From: Macrostomum hystrix
Lineage: Eukaryota; Animalia; Platyhelminthes
Reading direction: 5' to 3'
Length of the DNA stretch: 64,000 nt
Assembly (NCBI GenBank): GCA_950097015.1
Contig: CATNEN010000008.1
Span: forward strand, 2,976,001-3,040,000
Position 1 is the first letter of the stretch; every line of letters begins with the position of its first letter. The notes under the pieces were generated by a model, which worked only from the letters and a program-made list of their open reading frames with translations, made no database searches and was not told the origin of the DNA. The position numbers and the translations under genes are program-made. Below are positions 58,278 through 64,000 of the stretch, one piece after another.

Positions 58278-61200
58278 ATGGATGCCATCAAGAAGAAGAT
58301 GCTGGTGATGAAGCTAGAGAAGGAGAACGCCGTTGACGCGTAATTAATATTATTTGACTACTTTGCTTCACTGTAAAACGTGTTGCTTCGCATGCATCTA
58401 GGAGCATACGTAAAGATTAAAGATCCATTGGAGCCTTAATTTCGTTCTGTCGAAGAACTTATACGCTTGCCAACTAAAACGTGAACAGTTCCGTGAAGAG
58501 GTCCCGCACTCGTTCTTAACATATTGTTGCTAAATCAACGAAATAGGCCCCTCGTCAAACAGCCAACAAACATTTATCTAACAAGTTATATACCCAATTT
58601 GTACTTTTCTTGTAAAAACACGTTTTAATTCGCTCTGATTATTGTTATGAGGTTATTCAACCTTTCTGTATTAAAATATGCCCGAAATTATATCATTAAC
58701 GTAGTGTAGGCCGTGTGAGTAAAAGGATTAAATACAATCTGTATTGTCCTCGCATTCTGTGTGCAGGGCCGATCAGCTGGAGACCAAGCTGAAGGAGAAG
58801 GAAGCTGAGATGGCAAAGAAGGAGGAAGAGATGGGCGAGCTGCAGAAGAAGTTTCAGCAGTTGCAGCAGGATCTGGACACGGCACAGGAGTCCTTGGCTG
58901 CCACAAACACCAACCTGGAGGGAACTGAGAAGCGGGCCAGCGATGTGAGTTAAAATCTTTATAATTGCATTCAGAATGGATTGTATTTAGGCGATAAAAT
59001 TAGATTTCTGATTTCATAAGGATGCTATTTAAAATTTTCTTTTTTTTGATTTATGTAGACAAAAGAATTACGTATTCTATAAAAAGTGTTCTATTTTGTT
59101 TAAGCTACACACTTTAGGTTTAATTTTTTCAAAAGCTTCTAAGAAAAATAAACAGGAAAGACAAGCTTTACTAGTGCGCTGACTAATTAGTAGTTATTCT
59201 GCTATTCGTTTTAGTTGATATTCTAAATTCTATAAAGTGCATCCTCTAGTCCTGAAAATGACAACCAATAATAAAGAGTCAGTTCTTTCCTCACTAAAGC
59301 AGAGGATGCAGGCAATAAAATCTGAGCTGGATAAAGTATCTGATGAGCTGGCAGCAAAGGATGCTGAGCTTAAAAATGAAACCAATTTGCGCACGCAGGT
59401 ACCTGAGTTATTTCCTATTGTCAAAATTATTTACTGTTATCATTTAAAAGTAAAAAAACATTTTTTTAAATTATTCATATTCAAATTTTTTATTTTTTCA
59501 AAATGGATGATTTTTTTTATTCTGACACTTGCTACGTAGGTAGACAAAATCTATGCTTATAGTCTGTAGAGTCAGGTTTTTATCTTAATTAGATTTTAGA
59601 AGCAACAAATGTTTATTTTAAACAAGTACATTAAAATTTTAAATAGAACTGAAAAAATTAATGAACAAATAATTAATTTGACCTTTTGGTCAAAGTGGTT
59701 TAGAAACCATTTATTGGCTACTAGAAATTATATACATTTTTATAAACTTACTAAAATGAAAATCATCTAGCTCTGCACCTTTAGTTAAATTAGATTTTAT
59801 ATTTAATTATATTTTATACAAAAGTTTTAGCAATTTCTTTATAGGCCTAAGCAAAAAATGTAAATTGTGACTGATAACCAATAAGTACCAATGAACAACT
59901 CACTCAGATGTTATAGTAGTGTGCCCAGATTTTGTACAGGCATACCACCTAGAAAATAATGTTGCCAAAGGTAAAAAGGCAGGGCAAGCCAACAAAGCAA
60001 GAATGAAATCATCTTACCCTCCCAGTCCCTTGCACCCCTTATCACTCTTTGGTTTTGGCCATAGACAGCCATACAGCCATACACTGTTATATCATTCAAA
60101 AGCTAATATTAAGTTAACTAATTAGCTGCAGCAGCTTAAAAAATGTATGCTTTCATAAATATAATTAAATGTGCAAAACTAGCTAACTATTTAGCTAGTT
60201 GGCAAAGTATCTAGCCTAAGATTAGCAAATTAAAAAAGTAAAACTAAGCTAGTCTGTTCATTTACTCTGAAATAAAATAGAAAACTTTTTAACATTAACA
60301 TTTTAACATTTTAATTTAACCAATTTTTGTGTTTAACTCAATTAATTGTTAAAGTAATTAAAATAGGTTTTGTTGAAACCTTATCATTAATTTATGATAT
60401 TTTTCTTGATTTACTTTAGATCAAAGTGTCAACTATCTGTTAAAGTATTGAAATGTCTTTCAGAACTTTGGTCCAGGTCTTTGACAAATCAATATATTAT
60501 AGTATTTTCCTTCACTCTAATTGGCTTCAATAGCTCAAATTAGTTACAATGGTTACTTGGGTGTTTTGACTATTAGCATTGTTTAGAAAGCTACAAAAAT
60601 TTATATTTTAATATTTATTGACAAACTAAATTTGAAATTTGGTAAATAGTATTTTCTTCTCATTTTCCACTTTTTATAGTAATCATTAACTTAAGGTGAT
60701 TTTGAAAATTTGATTTTGATTTTGATTTAGATTTTTAATTTGGTATCTATGGATACAGACATGCAATATAAGTTGATATAAGCATTCAAATTTGGTTGAT
60801 GTAAGGTCAATTGATGTATTTCAATGCTTGAGTAAGTGCTCATGCTTCACCCTGCTCTACCAGGCCGAGGCTGAGGTTCAGGCCCTGACGCGCCGTATTC
60901 GCCTAATTGAGGAGGATCTGGAGCAGACTGAGGGCCGGCTGCAGGAGGCCACGCAGAAGCTCGAGGAGGCCAGCAAGGCTGCCGACGAGAGCGAGCGGTG
61001 AGGCGGGGCAGGTGGCAACTGTAGCTTCAATTTAGTTCATAGAATGAACATTTGAAATTAAAAAAAATAAGCATAACTATGCGGCACTACTGTACATTCC
61101 TTGAAGTAGCATGTAGAGCAGATTTAGTTAAAGCAAATTCATTTAAAATGGAATTCTTCCTTCTTTGCTATTTCGAATAGGAAATAAGTAGTATTGATAG

Positions 61201-63905
61201 CTGTCATTTCGCATGAATTTGTGTTCAAAATAAACAGTCTAGCATGTGAATGCGTGTGCAGTGATGCTAATTACTTAAGCGCCTGTTGCAATCAGATCGC
61301 GCAAGGTGCTGGAGAAGCGGCAGAACACGGACGATAGTCGCATTGTCTCGCTGGAGCAGATGGTCAAGGAGGCCACCGAGGCGGCCACGGAGGCCGAGAA
61401 GAAATATGAAGAGGTAGTGCGTCAGCTTTCATTGAATATGCATCTAGGATTTTATATTTAGGATTTGGGAGATGATCAAAGTTGTGCAAATTTATTATTG
61501 TAATTTTTACTATTTTATTTTTCGTTTTTTCTTGTTGGAATGCTTTTGCACGATGTACAGTTTTTTGTTTTTAATCTATCTCAATTTAGATGTACACCTG
61601 AGTCTAGTGCGCTGAGATTTTTTTATTATAAAAGCAGATTTTTCGCCCGATTCATGTTTTTTCTCTCTCACTTTTGTTAAAATTCTGATGTCAATGTTTT
61701 TTTACATAAAAAAATTTTCTTGTGCTTAAAAGGGAATTTAAAGTCAACAAAAATGCATTAAGATTCCAAAAAACTATCAAGATTGGTATCAGAATCCCAA
61801 GATTAGCACCAGAATCCCAAGAATAGCATCAGAATCCCAAGATTAGCATCAGAATCGCAAGATTAGCACCAGAATCCCAAGAATAGCACCAGAATCCCAA
61901 GATTAGCACCAGAATCCCAAGATTGGCACCAGAATCCCAAGATTATCATCAGAATCCCAAGATTGGCATCAGAATCCCAAGATTAGCACCAGAATCCCAA
62001 GATTGGCACCAGAATCCCAAGATTATCATCAGAATCCCAAGATTGGCACCAGAATCCCAAGATTAGCACCAGAATCCCAAGATTATCATCAGAATCCCAA
62101 GATTGGCATCAGAATCCCAAGATTAGCACCAGAATCCCAAGAATAGCTTCAGAATCCCAAGATTAGCACCAGAATCCCAAGATTAGCACCAGAATTCCAA
62201 GATTAGCACCAGAATTCCAAGATTAGCATCAGAATCCCAAGATTAGCACCAGAATCCCAAGAATAGCTTCAGAATCCCAAGATTGGCACCAGAATCCCAA
62301 GATTAGCACCAGAATCCCAAGATTATCATCAGAATCCCAAGATTGGCATCAGAATCCCAAGATTAGCACCAGAATCCCAAGATTAGCTTCAGAATCCCAA
62401 GATTAGCACCAGAATCGCAAGAATAGCTTCAGAATCCCAAGATTAGCACCAGAATCCCAAGATTAGCACCAGAATTCCAAGATTAGCACCAGAATCCCAA
62501 GAATAGCATCAGAATCCCAAGATTAGCACCAGAATCCCAAGAATAGCTTCAGAATCCCAAGATTGGCACCAGAATCCCAAGATTAGCACCAGAATCCCAA
62601 GATTATCATCAGAATCCCAAGATTGGCATCAGAATCCCAAGATTAGCACCAGAATCCCAAGAATAGCTTCAGAATCCCAAGATTAGCACCAGAATTCCAA
62701 GATTAGCACCAGAATTCCAAGATTAGCATCAGAATCCCAAGATTAGCACCAGAATCCCAAGAATAGCTTCAGAATCCCAAGATTAGCACCAGAATCCCAA
62801 GATTAGCACCAGAATCCCAAGATTAGCACCAGAATTCCAAGATTAGCACCAGAATCCCAAGAATAGCTTCAGAATCCCAAGATTAGCACCAGAATCCCAA
62901 GATTAGCACCAGAATCCCAAGATTAGCACCAGAATCCCAAGAATAGCTTCAGAATCCCAAGATTAGCACCAGAATCCCAAGATTAGCACCAGAATCCCAA
63001 GATTAGCATCAGAATCCCAAGATTAGCACCAGAATCCCAAGAATAGCTTCAGAATCCCAAGATTAGCACCAGAATCCCAAGATTAGCACCAGAATCCCAA
63101 GAATAGCTTCAGAATCCCAAGATTAGCACCAGAATCCCAAGAATAGCTTCAGAATCCCAAGATTAGCACCAGAATCCCAAGATTAGCACCAGAATCCCAA
63201 GATTAGCACCAGAATTCCAAGATTAGCACCAGAATCCCAAGAATAGCTTCAGAATCCCAAGATTAGCACCAGAATCCCAAGATTAGCACCAGAATCCCAA
63301 GAATAGCTTCAGAATCCCAAGATTAGCACCAGAATCCCAAGATTAGCACCAGAATCCCAAGATTAGCACCAGAATCCCAAGAATAGCTTCAGAATCCCAA
63401 GATTAGCACCAGAATCCCAAGATTAGCACCAGAATCCCAAGAATAGCACCAGAATCCCAAGATTAGCATCAGAATCCCAAGATTAGCACCAGAATCCCAA
63501 GATTAGCACCAGAATCCCAAGATTAGCACCAGAATCCCAAGAATAGCTTCAGAATCCCAAGATTAGCACCAGAATCCCAAGATTAGCACCAGAATCCCAA
63601 GAATAGCACCAGAATCCCAAGATTAGCATCAGAGTCCCAAGATTAGCGCCGAATTTCCTGGTATCTTGGGATCGTCATCCACCATTGCTGACACTCGCCG
63701 GTCTCCGCTGTCCCAGAGGCCGCAAGGTGCTGGAGACCCGCTCCATCGCCGACGATGAGCGCATCAACTCGCTGGAAGAGCAGCTGAAGGAGGCCAAGTT
63801 CATCGCTGAGGATGCGGATCGCAAATACGACGAGGCCGCCAGGAAGCTGGCCATCACCGAGGTCGACCTGGAACGGGCCGAGTCCCGCCTGGAGGCTGCT
63901 GAGAG
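58278..63905 (+). CDS. TPM: Tropomyosin, partial (continues beyond the window). Long-isoform exons 58278-58339, 58767-58944, 60864-60997, 63717-63905
   Basis: [21 protein letters not shown]|[12 protein letters not shown]...EKRASD|[45 protein letters not shown]|[62 protein letters not shown]. The first two exons total 80 codons; then 134 nt and 118+71 nt, matching conserved tropomyosin exon 3, 4 and 5 sizes. Confidence 0.96.
59258..59398 (+). CDS. TPM: Tropomyosin alternative first exon (1b-type, short isoform)
   Basis: 47 codons [47 protein letters not shown], heptad-like, ending at phase-0 donor CAG|GTACCT compatible with exon 60864. TATAAAG at 59231. Confidence 0.85.
61296..61413 (+). CDS. 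TPM: Tropomyosin alternative exon 4 (copy A, 118 nt)
   Basis: ATCAG|A TCG CGC AAG GTG CTG GAG ... TAT GAA GAG|GTAGTG; [39 protein letters not shown] aligns without gaps to the first 118 nt of exon 63717-63905. Confidence 0.9.
61784..63650. repeat. 20-bp minisatellite (CAGAATCCCAAGATTAGCAC), about 93 copies, between tropomyosin exons 4A and 4B
   Basis: Direct periodicity. Confidence 0.97.
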
Positions 63906-64000
63906 GTGGCGCATCCCCCTGATCTTTTTTTCCATTCTGCCGAATGAGTTTTTTATCCCCGTTCGCACGCACTTGGAACTGACGTGGCCTTTTCAAGTAA

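Overview
Eukaryotic (animal) genomic DNA with GC-rich spliceosomal exons separated by introns packed with locus-specific minisatellites (about 30 arrays, roughly 40% of the window by my estimate). The tropomyosin sequence and this intron style suggest a free-living flatworm such as Macrostomum, which is an inference. Hand assembly of exons gives: (1) the 5' part of a Shaw/Kv3-like potassium channel on the minus strand (T1 to S4) with a decayed Ty3/gypsy gag in its next intron; (2) an intact-looking tRNA-Ile with the eukaryote-atypical anticodon GAT; (3) a complete PDE2A-like GAF-GAF phosphodiesterase (23 exons, about 986 aa, 24275-52227) with a 19-nt microexon and a GC-AG intron; (4) a frameshifted signal peptide-WSC-PAN gene; (5) the 5' two-thirds of a tropomyosin gene with alternative first exons and two mutually incompatible exon-4 copies, the second fused to exon 5 with no intron. 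Almost all long ORFs in the supplied track are translations of tandem repeats, not genes. The most unusual signals are the tropomyosin exon 4A versus 4B+5 arrangement, the G34 tRNA-Ile, and minisatellites built from copies of splice signals (ten tandem donor sites in one PDE2 intron). There is no CRISPR array or prokaryotic system.
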